From: Octopus vulgaris
Lineage: Eukaryota
Assembly: GCA_951406725.2 (NCBI GenBank)
Contig: OX597817.1
Location: 55,738,001-55,802,000 of the forward strand
Length of the DNA: 64,000 nucleotides
Direction of reading: 5' to 3'
Below, piece after piece: positions 12,446 to 25,700 of this stretch (positions are counted from its first letter, which is position 1; every line of letters starts with the position of its first letter). The position numbers and the translations under genes were made by a program. The notes below the pieces were generated by a model. It saw only the letters and a program-made list of their open reading frames with translations, did no database searches and was not told the DNA's origin.

Positions 12446-13240
12446 AATATCAGTAAACACTGACAGCTTTATATGTTTAATAAAACAGGAAGTAAAAAGT
12501 AACAATTAAATGTTTTAAAGGACTCTCTCAGCAGAGACCCCCAAGCTGAAACAGAAGATCGAATGAGGAATACGTCTTCTTTCCCTACCAAACAGCCCAA
12601 GTCATGAGACAAAAGTTTTTGTTTGGATGATTTAAGAAATAACAAAAGAATGCGTCATATTACACTGAAAATGAATAAGATTTGATAAACCGCCTTGGCT
12701 TTTATCATGTCCTTCATCTTTGTTGGTGTAACAGACACGTTGTCCGTACCGACACATTACTTCTTCTGACATTAGAGATACGTTCCCTTGAGATAGGTTC
12801 CGAAACATTCGTTTTCCACCATGAGAAGACCTGAGAGTACCACGAGAGCAGATGAGCCTGGGGACCTAAGGATTTTGTTTCACAACCATGTTGTGCCAGG
12901 TACGATTTCTGCTTTCATGGTATATTCGAAAAGATTTGTCTTTCGTATTCTCCGGTATCGCAACGCTTTTGTGAACGGAATTCGCTAAGTATAGGCTGTG
13001 TAGAGACCACTCATATATATATCAAATTACACACTTTAAAGAGCTACATTCGTAACCTAAACTGCCAACAGAGTTGCTCATTCTCCCATTCATAGATGGC
13101 CTCGATGGACATATCCTTGCTGTATTCCTAGATATTCTTATATTTTGTAAAATTACTTCTCATCTGATGATAACGGTCTTTTACAGTGACGTAACGTTCT
13201 ATATTTTTTTATTAAAAGTTACGTAAGAAACAGGTGTAAT

Positions 13241-13557
13241 GACCCGGGCGTTGGGAGTGTTTATTGAGCGAAAACACCTAAAGCTCCACGAGGCTCCGGC
13301 AGGGGGTGGTGTCAAACCCTGCTGCACTCTTTCACTGCAACATTCTCTCACTCTTTCTTCCTGTTTGTGTTGCACCTGTATTTCAGAGGGGCCAGCCTTG
13401 TCACGCTCCGTGTCACGCTGAATCTCACCCGAGAACTACATTAAGGGTACACGCGTCTGTGGAGTGCTCAGCCACTTGCACGTTAATTTCACGAGCAAGC
13501 TGTTCCGCTGATCGGATCAACTGGGACCTTCGTCGTCGCAACCGACGGAGTGCCACG
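13241..13557 (+). mobile_element. SINE family C (5'-truncated), tail type 1
   Basis: GTGTTTATTGAGCGAAAACACCTAAAGCTCCACGAGGCTCCGGCAGGGGGTG is shared with 55812-56115. Confidence 0.8.
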
Positions 13558-13689
13558 AATATGTGAGTGTGTGGGTGATGTGTGTATGTATGTATATGTG
13601 TGTGTGTGTGTGTGTGTGCGACAAAAGCATGTTGTGCATGTATATGTATTAGTATTAGTATTTTTAGTGGGGGAGGTAAGGCAGTATCG

Positions 13690-13990
13690 ATCTCCTGTTA
13701 CAGATCACTACAAAGTGATGGGAGAAGGAATGTATGCCTATATCCAGTACCCGGCACCATTGCCTGTAACAGAGTTGGATCTACTAAAGGGCCGCGATGT
13801 CGCAATGGGTTAGTTTCCGTTTCAATAAACTGTATATTCATAAAATATGCAGTAGATTAAAATATGGACTGGATGTCCCTAAACATGTTGAAGTTGTCTT
13901 CACCATGACTAGATATCTATGAGTGTGAACAGTAAAAATGAAATACTGTAAAAGTAGAAATGCAGTAATTTGCAAGTTGATAGAATCTGA
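13690..13990 (-). pseudogene. Possible decayed LINE apurinic-endonuclease fragment
   Basis: Broken frames give YLVM/DNFN (GDFN-like), then IQFIETETNPLRHRGPLVDPTL (Q.V..PT...G..LDL-like) and LCSDL (SDH-like); weak. Confidence 0.3.
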
Positions 13991-15234
13991 AGATACTGTT
14001 TTAATTAGCAGAAATAGTATGACCAAAGATAGCAATAACTGCATTTGGATGGGGGCCATGTAAACATCTATAAATAGGACAAAAACAATGTTACAGGGTA
14101 GAACACCTGGAGATAACAGTAATTAGCAACCGAGCGGTGCTATTTGAAGACTTCGGAATATCTCGATTTATTGACAGCTTCTAATAAAACGAGAAATAAA
14201 GTAAAAAGAAACACTTGGCAAAATAAGAGAATTATTATTATTTGAATAAATTATAAAATAAATTCCGGTAATTTTCTTTTTATTTCTTCTTTTTCTTCCT
14301 TTTCTTGCCTGCTTAAAATAAAGCGGCAGAGAATGTATTTAAATTTGGCGATAAGAATAATTTTGGAGAGAGCGTTAAGAAATTATCTCATTGAGCAAGA
14401 AGTCGAATATGAATAATATTCAATAAATGTAAATACATTTATTCTTTGATGCATTCAGTGTTTTTCATGTAAAAGAAATTCTTTACATTTAATTAAAAAT
14501 TATTTCGACAAGAGATCTTAAAAGATACATTCGAAATGTAATTTTTGGATTCGAAATTCTTGTCGTTGAATAATTAGTTAATAATGTAACATTCCACATT
14601 GAATAGTCTTACAACCGGAAGTTACACCATTTTTAATATGAACATTTGCAGATAATTCTATTTGATCACAATTATTAGGTATGCGATTATTCACAAGAAA
14701 TGGTAAAACGACGTTTCTCATTTAAAGCAAAAACTGTTCTTCACATTATAAAACGAATGAGCTGAAATGGGTGGATGGGGGTGATTACTGTCTAAAAGTT
14801 TTGAAGTATTTGCACACTCATCATTATAAGATGCGGGTTCAAATCCTCCTCTCAGCACTACTAGGAAAATTAATTTATTTAGGGAAAAAGATCAGCTTTA
14901 GTAGTTTTCCATAAAACGGTTCTCCTGTTTAAGAAACATTTATACAACCATATAGATCACCATATACATATACGTGTATATATATATATATATATATATA
15001 ATTTTTATAATTATGAGTATAATTATAATTAGGGTTCAGCAAAAAGTTTGCTTCAACACATACTGAAATTTAGAAATAGCAGTTAAAACTGGCTATTTCT
15101 CTACCATAAGAAAATCTCATAGACAACAATACTCAATAATTATTATTATTCACCATGATAGATCGTTAGCCACTACACACATTGTTTTCTCTCCTTTTTT
15201 CTCTCCCCTTGTTTCTCTCCTTGTTTTTTTCTGT

Positions 15235-15276
15235 GTCCCTTTCTGTAGAAGAGCGTAGGCTCGAAACATAAAAGAC
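15235..15276 (+). ncRNA. Hammerhead-like variant motif
   Basis: CTTT-CTGTAGA-AGAGC-GTAG-GCTC-GAAACATA-AAAG; non-canonical core CTGTAGA, stem III probably decayed from ACGT; host element 15000-15375 is flanked by (TA)n. Confidence 0.5.
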
Positions 15277-15372
15277 TTTTTCTATTCCTGAGCGTTAAAC
15301 TAATACATCTGTTTGTTTTGTACACCAGCTGTCTTCGTCTTTTGTTTTTTTCGTAAACTCTCCTTAAACTTT

Positions 15373-15454
<82 letters not shown>

Positions 15455-15642
15455 ATATACTGACTCTATGGTTCCGACCTATGGTTGGTGAATATGAAAT
15501 AGGATATTCCGGTTGGGAATCAATCCCGTAAGTGTTTAGTGCCTAGGGGCTGGTCCAAATCATGCGTTGCTTTGAATAGTATGTTGTTGGTATACTCTAA
15601 GGTCTCTGTCAAGTCGTAAATCCCCTTCGTGTATTATACTCA

Positions 15643-15904
15643 AATGAATAATGACAGACGATGGATAATCGACAGCTCATTACAGCTGTTTCTGACGCAT
15701 TTTGTAATAGAAGAGTAAGAAAATTACTTTATTACAAGAAACCGTAATCATCAGATGAGAAGTAATTTTAGAAATAAAAGGATATCCCAAGAATACAGCA
15801 GGGATGTGGCTGAAGTCTATCGAAGTTTGTTCTCATTCTTCTATTAAGAATTGCGAAACAGGTATAATGAGCTGACATTTATCCGTCGTCTGTTATTATT
15901 CATT
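15643..15904. mobile_element. Fold-back Penelope-like pLTR element
   Basis: 15643-15720 is an inverted copy of 15831-15904; contains the hammerhead at 15676-15759; related decayed copy at ~13110-13200 (+). Confidence 0.75.
15676..15759 (-). ncRNA. Type-I hammerhead ribozyme, apparently intact core
   Basis: Minus strand: CTCAT-CTGATGA-TTACG..TTGTAATA....TATTACAA..CGTCA-GAAA-CAGCTG-TA-ATGAG; perfect 5-bp stem I, long stem II, palindromic stem III ACAGCTGT, GUA site. Confidence 0.85.
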
Positions 15905-15927
15905 GCTTATACGCACACACACAGACA

Positions 15928-15999
<72 letters not shown>

Positions 16000-16000
<1 letters not shown>

Positions 16001-16511
16001 CTATATATATAAAACTGTAGTTCTGTGAGTGTCTGTCGCCTTCGATTTAGATTCCTAACTACTTCCACATTTTGCGGTGCAGTGTAACCAAATTCGGGTA
16101 TCTTATAGTCGTGATTCATATCGAGCCCGTCTGCGTATTAGCGCGCGTCTACGATGAGTCTACGATTTTAAAAATAATTTAACATCATTTTTTATTCAAT
16201 TTAATGCATAATTTTTCGTGTGTCGATGGCGGCGGAGTTGGCGTCCATGGTCACACCTGCTCCTGTTTGCTTCTCTCCCTTCTTCCCTCCCTCGTGAAGC
16301 TGTGGGGAAGGGAGTGTAAGGAAATCAACGTCGTAAAGCGTTGTCGAGGAGACCAGCGTTCTTTTAGAACAATGACTTCATGGCTTGAAGACACCAAAAC
16401 AGAAATGGCTAAGAAAGCCAGAATTGGCATCTATAAGGGAAGTAACTCTCTAAAAATGCTTATGTAGTTATTTCCCTTACAAACCCGAGCAACGCCGGGC
16501 GATACTGCTAG
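16000..16511 (+). mobile_element. Non-autonomous Helitron
   Basis: 5' TCTATATATATAAAA, 3' hairpin CCCGAGCAACGCCGGG then CTAG, A|T insertion site; second copy at 51683-52068. Confidence 0.9.
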
Positions 16512-17549
16512 TATATATATATTGTGTGTGTGGTCAGATTTTGAACAAATATTAGAGCACCCGATCGGTTAAGAGAATAAATGTATTATAACAAAAACCA
16601 CAAAATTGACTTGAGTCAATTTAGGAACCCCACTGATTCATTAATACAAGGATCGGCTAAAGCAAGAAACATTGCTCAAAAATTGTTCCCTAAACTTATA
16701 GGCTCATGCTTAGAGCCGATCCATTCCTCCTAAATATTTACGCCACCATAATAGACTTTCTCTCTGTCTCTCTATCTTCATTTGATAAACAACTCCGTAA
16801 CACACACATTCGAGACAATGGCTGCCTGGCCGTTGAAATGCAGCAACCATCGCAGTCATTAAATCATAGCAGAGATTCTAGGCTTCCAAATAGTGTTTTA
16901 TTCCAAGTTTAGAGATATTTTATGGACTCTGTAGTTGTTTTGATTGTTGCTGTCGTTGTTGCTGTTGTTGTTGCTGTTGCTGCTGTAGTTTATTTAATGT
17001 TCTTATTGTTTGTTGTTTTGTTGTTGTTTATTTGCTTATACGTTTGTTTTGCAATTTTTATTAATTGTTTTTTTGTTCGTTTGTGTATGTGTTTTTTTTT
17101 TCTTGCTTTATTTCGCGTTTCTGGGTGTATTTGCTGTTTTCGGTTTCTTTTATGGATGCAGAGGAGAAACCCGTGGATGAGTGAATGTTTACAACCACAA
17201 ATAATAATAATAATAATAATAGAAGAAATTCTGAACAAGAAACACACACACACACGCACGCTCGTGCACACATACACACACTCACTCACTCAGACACACA
17301 CACACACACACGAAAAATTACCAAGACATAAACTAAACAATAAAATAATAATAATGATAAAAACAGCAATAACAATATTAACAATAGCAATAATAATAAT
17401 GATGGTGATGATGATGATGAGGAGGAGGAGGAGGAGGAGAGGAGGAAGAGGATGAAACAACAACAAAACTAATTAAAGTAGAAACAATGTCTTTAATAAC
17501 AACAACAACACAAAATATAAAGAAAATAATACAAATATTATTGTTAATG

Positions 17550-17571
17550 TAATGATGATGACGATGATGAT

Positions 17572-17637
<66 letters not shown>

Positions 17638-17760
17638 TGTGATGATGAACATGATGATGATGATGACGACGATGATGACGATGATGATGACGATGATGAG
17701 GACGATGATGACGATGATGACGATGATGATGACGATGATGATGATGATGATGATGATGCT
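17550..17760. repeat. Compound (GAT)n/(AAT)n trinucleotide tract
   Basis: Seen directly. Confidence 0.95.
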
Positions 17761-18131
17761 GCTTGTTGTTGATGTTTTTATTGTGGCGGTTGTTGTGGTG
17801 GTGCTGATGGTGGTGGTGTTAGAGGAGGTGGGGTGGGGTAGAAGTGTGGGTAGTGGATGTGATGGTGGTGATGAAGATTAAGGTGTACAGATAAGTATCG
17901 GGATAGATAAGTAAATAAGTAGGATAAGATTAATGAAATTTAGCTGAAGAATTTTATTCAATTATTTTGGCCATCGATCTTTTGAAGAAAATACCATTTC
18001 TGTGTGAAAGCACGTTTTAATGCGTTTAAAGGCAACAGAATACACACAGATAAAGGGATATAAATCATTCCGATCTCTATCTAGCTGTGAAGCTGTGTAT
18101 GTATGTGACTGTATAGGTGTTCTATGCACTG

Positions 18132-18173
<42 letters not shown>

Positions 18174-18595
18174 AATGTGTGTGTGTGTAATTCACATATA
18201 TATATATATATATACAAAAACATATATATATATATATGTAGCAATAGGTACATGTAAATACACATATATTTATACATATATATATATATATATATGCATA
18301 TATATACATATATATACATTCATTTATATACACCACACATATTTAAATGTATACCAAACACATATAAGTATTCATGCATACATAAAAGCATGCATGCGCG
18401 CGCTCACATGATATTCACGCGCTCAGACATATGTGTGTCTATGTGTGTGTTTGTGTATGTACTTATGTATGTATATGCATCTGAGTGTATTCACATATTG
18501 GTGCATATATACATACACGCACATATATATATATATATATATAAATATACATATTCATATATATATGTATATATATACATATATATATGTGTGTG

Positions 18596-18681
<86 letters not shown>

Positions 18682-19147
18682 TGTCTGTGTCAGTATGTAT
18701 ATTTCCTGAAGTAAATAGTATCGGATTAAATGATGGTATAAAGAGATAATAATATTATTATTATTATTACAGTAATAGACATAAAGTCAGTTGATAGAAG
18801 ATTGTCAAACGAGATTTCGATGACGAGTTTCACAACTGTATATTAGGAGAACGGAGTAATGGCGCTGAAACGCACTAACTTTATGTGTACATATGTATAA
18901 ATATGTTTGCGTGTGCGTGTGCATGTATATATATATATGAGTGTGTGTGTGTGTGTAGATTTATGTTTTTTGTCTGTATGTGCGTGTATGTATATATAGA
19001 GATAGAGAGAGATTATTATTAATAAGATAATAATAATAATAATATAAGTGGCATTCACTTCGACCACTTTTTTTTTTTAATTTGCCGTGGTATAGAATTG
19101 ATCAATACAAACATGGTAACACGAGTATCTTTAGCCATAGGCAGTAA

Positions 19148-19205
19148 TACTCGCTGATGAGAAGTAAGTGTTGATCACAGGGTTCGAAGTCACGTGATAC
19201 GAGTA
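19148..19205 (+). ncRNA. Type-I hammerhead ribozyme motif (GAAA changed to GAAG)
   Basis: TACTCG-CTGATGA-GAA..GTG-TTGAT-CAC..TTC-GAAG-TCACGTGA-TA-CGAGTA; perfect 6-bp stem I, palindromic stem III TCACGTGA, AUA site. Confidence 0.8.
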
Positions 19206-19403
19206 CGTCTGTAAATTGTTTTACGATTTTTAATCCCTATCGTAATTTGGCTTTATATTTACTTGTTTTCTTCGAATTCAAGATGGTGTATTAGCGATAA
19301 CTAGGGCTTTTAGCAGTTTTGGACTCTTATTTCTAGCAATGTGTGTACTCTCTCGTACTCTCATTATATATATATATATATATAGATAGATAGATATAGA
19401 TAT

Positions 19404-19457
<54 letters not shown>

Positions 19458-19497
19458 GAGTATGTAAATTAATATTTGCAAATCTATCTAACGGAAT

Positions 19498-19557
19498 GTT
19501 GCGCTGAAGACGGGAATGAATTTGCTTATAATTCTGACCCAGAAACGCGTCCGTAAC
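19498..19557 (+). ncRNA. Minimal type-I hammerhead ribozyme, canonical GUC site
   Basis: GTTGCG-CTGAAGA-CGGG...CCCA-GAAAC-GC-GTC-CGTAAC; 6-bp stem I with one G-U pair, palindromic stem III ACGCGT. Confidence 0.85.
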
Positions 19558-19738
19558 TAACCGAAGACTTTGTTTTCGTTATTTTCCATCCTGTTTTACA
19601 TATGTGAGTTACATGTATATGTTATATGTGGAGTTATATTTGTAGAAAATAGAAATAAGCAGTCTTTACTATTTCGGTATGTGGCTAAGCAACCTGTTGC
19701 TTGCCCTTTTATATATATATATGCATATATATATATAT

Positions 19739-19777
<39 letters not shown>

Positions 19778-20436
19778 CGTATATATATATGTTTAACTAA
19801 TTATAAGGCTGTCTTATTAGCAATTACAATCTAGCGGCAAAATTAATAGACGTCACAAAAGTGACGTGGCGTGCTGGTCATCACTAATTATGCTAAAATA
19901 GAGGTATATGTGTGTGTGTGTGTGTGTGTATTTAAGTGTTCCTAGTAGCACGCTGCTAAAGCACGTTCACTGCCTATGGCTACCTGACGCCTTCCACGGT
20001 ATTTTTACAATTGTCGCTGGACATACCTCAGGAATTCCTCAATGTGTGTTGAGTATAAAATAAATTATACATACGGAAAATGGAATATACGGAAACTTTA
20101 TTGCTCGCAACGCTCCTTTCGACACATCCGGCATCGATCGCTCACAGGTGGGAAACTATACAACTTTTTGTGGTGCATCCTTTGGTAGAGAAACGTCTCG
20201 TCGGGTGATGTAATAAGGGGTATCTCTTTAAATGAACTCTGTTTCACTCGGATTTAATACATGTTGTTAGTGACCGAAGGATTAAGACGTTGGGCAAGAA
20301 TGGCTAGGGAAAGATTCTGTTGCGATGTCATAGATACAGACAGGAAGTGATTTAGAATATGATATTTTACGATGAAGTAAAACATTAGGTATGTCAGTAC
20401 CTAGATACAGTTGCTTCCATTCCTACACTGGCAGAC

Positions 20437-20502
<66 letters not shown>

Positions 20503-20707
20503 ACTCACGCTCACACACACAGTTACATGCTCACACACACACACGCTCATGTGTTCAGTTAAGCAGACGTCATTAAACTGTCCAGCCATTCTTGTATCCT
20601 GCTGTGATACAAGGAGGAGGAGGAGGAGGAGAAGAAGAAGAAGAAGAAGAAGAAGAAGAAGAAGAAGAAGAAGAAGAAGAAGAAGAAGAAGAAGAAGAAG
20701 AAGAAGA

Positions 20708-20980
20708 ATTTGGAGTCTGCGAACAGTAAAGGTCATGCCTATAATAATTGGTGCGTTGGGAACAGTAAACCAAGATATAGACAAATGATTGAAGGATATT
20801 GGAATAGAATGCCCTGTAGATCTATACAGAATGTTTGTCACTTAGGGACAAGGATTATTAGGAAGTTTCTAAGCACTTGAAAGACTTCTGAAAATTTGTT
20901 GTTACCTAAGGTTACAGGTAGTAACAAACTACCTACATAAATGCTGCCAGGAATAAGACCGAACCTGAGCCAAACCATAG
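20708..20980 (+). mobile_element. R4/Dong-like non-LTR retrotransposon, 3' end fragment
   Basis: IWSLRTVKVMPIIIGALGTV...IIRKFLST is the typical C-terminus of RLE-type LINEs; followed by (TAA)n. Confidence 0.8.
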
Positions 20981-21048
20981 TAATAATAATAATAATTATT
21001 ATTATTATTATTCAGTAGTTTTATTTTTATAGCGTGCTTTCACTTCAC

Positions 21049-21099
<51 letters not shown>

Positions 21100-21100
<1 letters not shown>

Positions 21101-21470
21101 GGCTTGAAATGGTAATGCAATGCCAGCAATTTCTGGGAAGTGTGACATATTGTTGGTAGATGCCCGAAATTGACACAACATGAATACAAAAGGTGACATG
21201 ACAACGTTTCAAGCATGATCCATTGGGAACCTTTTGGAAATAATAGCCTAGACAGATCAAAGGTGTGGCATGACCAAATCCCAGAAGGGGTTGCTGTGAA
21301 TTTGGATTGAAAGCCCTGTGGTATGCACTGATACAGTATGACCTTCTGATTAAACATCGATAATCCTGACATTATTATATTGAGCAGAAAAGAAAACAAC
21401 ACGATTGATATTTGCCATGGCATGTCTTGGTGACAACAGAACTGAAATGAAAGAAGAAAAGTGAACAACT
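21100..21470 (+). mobile_element. R4/Dong-like LINE fragment (zinc knuckle to RLE region), decayed
   Basis: Broken frames give HDNVSSMIHWE, VWHDQIPEGV, ALWYALIQYD, matching RHD..IHW / W..H.P..V / LWD motifs. Confidence 0.7.
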
Positions 21471-21582
21471 GTCGGCGATGAAGAACGCAGCGGAATTTGA
21501 ACTCGGAACGTAAAGACAGACGTAACAGCGCTAAGCATTTCGCCCGGTGCGCTAACGTTTCTGCCAGCTCACTGATGATGTT

Positions 21583-21827
21583 ATTCTTTTACTCTTTTAC
21601 TTGTTTCAGTCGTTTGACTACGGCCATGCTGGAGCACCGCCTTTAGTCGCGCAAATCTACCTCAGAACTTATTCTTTGTAAGCCTAGTACTTATTCTATC
21701 GGTGTCTTTGGCCGAACCGCTAAGTTACGGGGACATAAACACACCACCATCCGCTATCAAGCAATGTTGGGGGGGACAATCGCAGACACACAAACATACA
21801 CACACACATACACACACACACAAACAT

Positions 21828-21913
<86 letters not shown>

Positions 21914-22112
21914 GCGTATGTGTATATATATACATACATACATATGTACGACGGGCTTCTTTCAGTTTCCGTCTACCAAAATCCACTCACAAGGCTTTGG
22001 TTGGCCCGAGGCCATCGTAGAGGACTCTTACCCAAGGTGCCACGCAGTGGGACTGAGCCCGGAACCATGTGACTGGTAAGCAAGCTGCTTACCACACAGC
22101 CACTCCTGCGCC
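21583..22112 (-). mobile_element. SINE family B, full length, young
   Basis: Complete head to tail with expanded internal (CA)n(TA)n; preceded by a family A head fragment at 21485-21573. Confidence 0.92.
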
Positions 22113-22157
<45 letters not shown>

Positions 22158-22457
22158 CATTATTATTATTATTATTAATGATAATAATAATAATTCATAT
22201 ACAAAGAATTAAACTTCATCGTAGAGATAGCATCTCTTCATTGTGGCACTTAGTCTTCTCTTTGCTATTTAATAAATGATGTCATATTGTAGTGTTTAGA
22301 GATCACGTTTTCCGCGTAGAAATAAACAAACAAGTCTTTTATATCTTGTCCACAATGTCCTCTTAAATCCACAATTAATCCATCATGTACTCTGATTATC
22401 GCTACTTGTAACACCGTTTACTTAGAACACTGATCGATTCTATTTACAATCCTATGT

Positions 22458-22518
<61 letters not shown>

Positions 22519-22740
22519 TACATATATATACATACATATATATATACACATATATATATATTACATATATATATATGATTTACATATATATATATGCATA
22601 TACATACATAATATATATATATATTATATGTATATATATATATATATATTTCATATGTATATGCATATATATATACATGTATTATATATATATATATATA
22701 TACATATATATGATTTATATATATATATGCATATACATAT

Positions 22741-22759
22741 AATATATCTATATAATATT

Positions 22760-22791
<32 letters not shown>

Positions 22792-25700
22792 GCATATGTA
22801 TGTGTGTATGTGTGTGTGTTTGTGTGTGTGTCAGTGACTGAGTGTGTATGCATGTACGTGTGGCGTGATGGTGTGTAGTTTCACGAGCTGACTCTCCATT
22901 ATCTCCTCAGGATTATACTTAAGATTAAATGTAAATAAAACATTTTTATCATTGACAATGTCTTATCTTACCTCGCAATCCTTATCCCTCTCCATTACTC
23001 TATTTACATAATGTTGATATCGTAAGACACGTTCTTTCACAATACAAAGACTGTGTAAAATAATACGTCCGTATATGCGATTTTATTAAAAGTATATACG
23101 CTAAAATTTATATGAGACTATAGAAATAAATCATAATGCTAAAATTTCGCTCCAATATTAGGATTGCAATATTACACTGCAAGAAAACGGCCAGCTGGCA
23201 GAAACGTTAGCATGCAGGGCGAAATGCTTAACAGTATTTCGTCTGCCGCTACGTTCTCAGTTCAAATTCCGACCGAGGTCGACTTTGCCTTTCATCCTTT
23301 CGGGGTCGGTAAATAAAGTACCAGTTACGCATTGGGGTCGATGTAATTGACTTAATCCGTTTGTCTATCCTTGTTTGTCCTCTCTGTGTTTAGCCCCTTG
23401 TGGGTAGTAAAGATATAGGTATATCGTCTGTCTTACACTCTGAGCTCAAATTCCGCCGAGATCGACTTTGCCTTTCATCCTTTCGGGGTCGTTAAATTAA
23501 GTACCAGTTACGGACTGGGGTTGATGTAATCGACTTAATTCCTTTGTCTCTCTTTGTTTGTCCCCTCTGTGTTTAGTCCCTTGTGGGCAATAAAGAAATA
23601 AGAAACGTTAGCACGCCGGGCGAAATACTTAACAGTATTTTGTCTGTCTTTACGTTCTGAGTTCAAATTCCGCCGAGGTTGACTTTGCCTTTCGGTGTCG
23701 TAGTCCCGTATTAAGTCGCTTTTATTTGTATACGTAACTTGTCTCAACAGGAAATTCCTGAACTTCGCAATTCAGACTCTATACTGCTACTCAGAATTCT
23801 TTATATATAGGAGACTACTCAGAAAGAGTCTGCTTAGAATTCTTTATACAAAGGAGACTAACTCTCATTGCAAATTTATTATTCTGCGAGATAGAGATGT
23901 GGATGTTGTGGCAGTTATCAATTTCTCCAAACTATTGATGACGGGAATCTCTCGTACATAACTGAAAAAGCTTATACAGCTAATCAGATCTGGATCTTGG
24001 TTTCCGCTTTCTTTGCCTTTATATTGCTAGCTATTGTGCTTAGAAGTCGCGGATAGACTTGTTTTGTACAATGGAACTACACACACTTCCATACGTCCAA
24101 AAAAGCATTTCACTGAGCAGACGACAACAGCTACAAAAATACGCAAAGAATTGTTTTACACCATTCCTCTCCACTCTTTTTCTTTCTTTTTCTCTCCAGT
24201 CTTTCCTCTCTCTTTCTCTCTCTCTCACTTATTTTTTGATAGTTTTATATATATTTTCCATATAGTTTTCACGTTTGTTTTTTTTATTAACACTTTGTCT
24301 CCATTCTGTTCCATGTCATGATGCAATGTAGAACATTCCAAACCATTTACAAAAGTTCATGAAACCATAAACAAAAAGATAACAAACAATGATAATAATA
24401 ATAATAACAACAATAGTAATAATATATATATATATATATGCATATACATATATATATATAATATACATATAATATATATATATATATATAACAATATACA
24501 TAATTAATATATCTATATAATATTCATATAATATATATATATATATATATATGTGCATATGTATGTGTGTATGTGTGTGTGTTTGTGTGTGTGTCAGTGA
24601 CTGAGTGTGTATGCATGTACGTGTGGGATGATGGTGTGTAGTTTCACGAGCTGACTCTCCATTATCTCCTCAGGATTATACTTAAGATTAAATGTAAATA
24701 AAACATTTTTATCATTGACAATGTCTTATCTTACCTCGCAATCCTTATCCCTCTCCATTACTCTATTTACATAATGTTGATATCGTAAGACACGTTCTTT
24801 CACAATACAAAGACTGTGTAAAATAATACGTCCCTATGTGCGATTTTATTAAAAGTATATACGCTAAAATTTATATGAGACTATAGAAATAAATCATAAT
24901 GCTAAAATTTCGCTCCAATATTAGGATTGCAATATTACACTGCAAGAAAACGGCCAGCTGGCAGAAACGTTAGCAGGCAGGGCGAAATGCTTAACAGTAT
25001 TTCGTCTGCCGCTACGTTCTCAGTTCAAATTCCGACCGAGGTCGACTTTGCCTTTCATCCTTTCGGGGTCGGTAAATAAAGTACCAGTTACGCATTGGAG
25101 TCGATGTAATTGACTTAATCCGTTTGTCTGTCCTTGTTTGTCCTCTCTGTGTTTAGCCCCTTGTGGGTAGTAAAGATATAGGTATATCGTCTGTCTTACA
25201 CTCTGAGCTCAAATTCCACCGAGATCGACTTTGCCTTTCATCCTCTCGGGGTCGTTAAATTAAGTACCAGTTACGGACTGGGGTTGATGTAATCGACTTA
25301 ATTCCTTTGTCTTTCTTTTTTTGTCCCCTCTGTGTTTAGTCCCTTGTGGGCAATAAAGAAATAAGAAACGTTAGCACGCCGGGCGAAATACTTAACAGTA
25401 TTTTGTCTGTCTTTACGTTCTGAGTTCAAATTCCGCCGAGGTTGACTTTGCCTTTCGGTGTCGTAGTCCCGTACTAAGTCGCTTTTATTTGTATACGTAA
25501 CTTGTCTCAACAGGAAATTCCTGAACTTCGCAATTCAGACTCTATACTGCTACTCAGAATTCTTTATATATAGGAGACTACTCAGAAAGAGTCTACTTAG
25601 AATTCTTTATACAAAGGAGACTAACTCTCATTGCATCTTTATTAATCTGTGAGATAGAAATGTGGATGTTGTGGCAGTTATCGTTTTCTCAAAACTATTG

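Noticed and set aside
12640-12980. Possible receptor-like pseudo-exon on the minus strand
   Set aside because: Stops in all frames and no diagnostic motif.
13838-14059. ORF with signal-peptide-like start MAPIQMQLLLSLVILFLLIKTVSS
   Set aside because: Short, no recognisable mature domain, and it overlaps a probable decayed LINE endonuclease; hydrophobicity is expected from T-rich DNA.
23933-23960. Hammerhead-like TTGATGA-CGGGA-ATC-TCTCG (and duplicate ~25697)
   Set aside because: No GAAA after stem II and no closing stem I.
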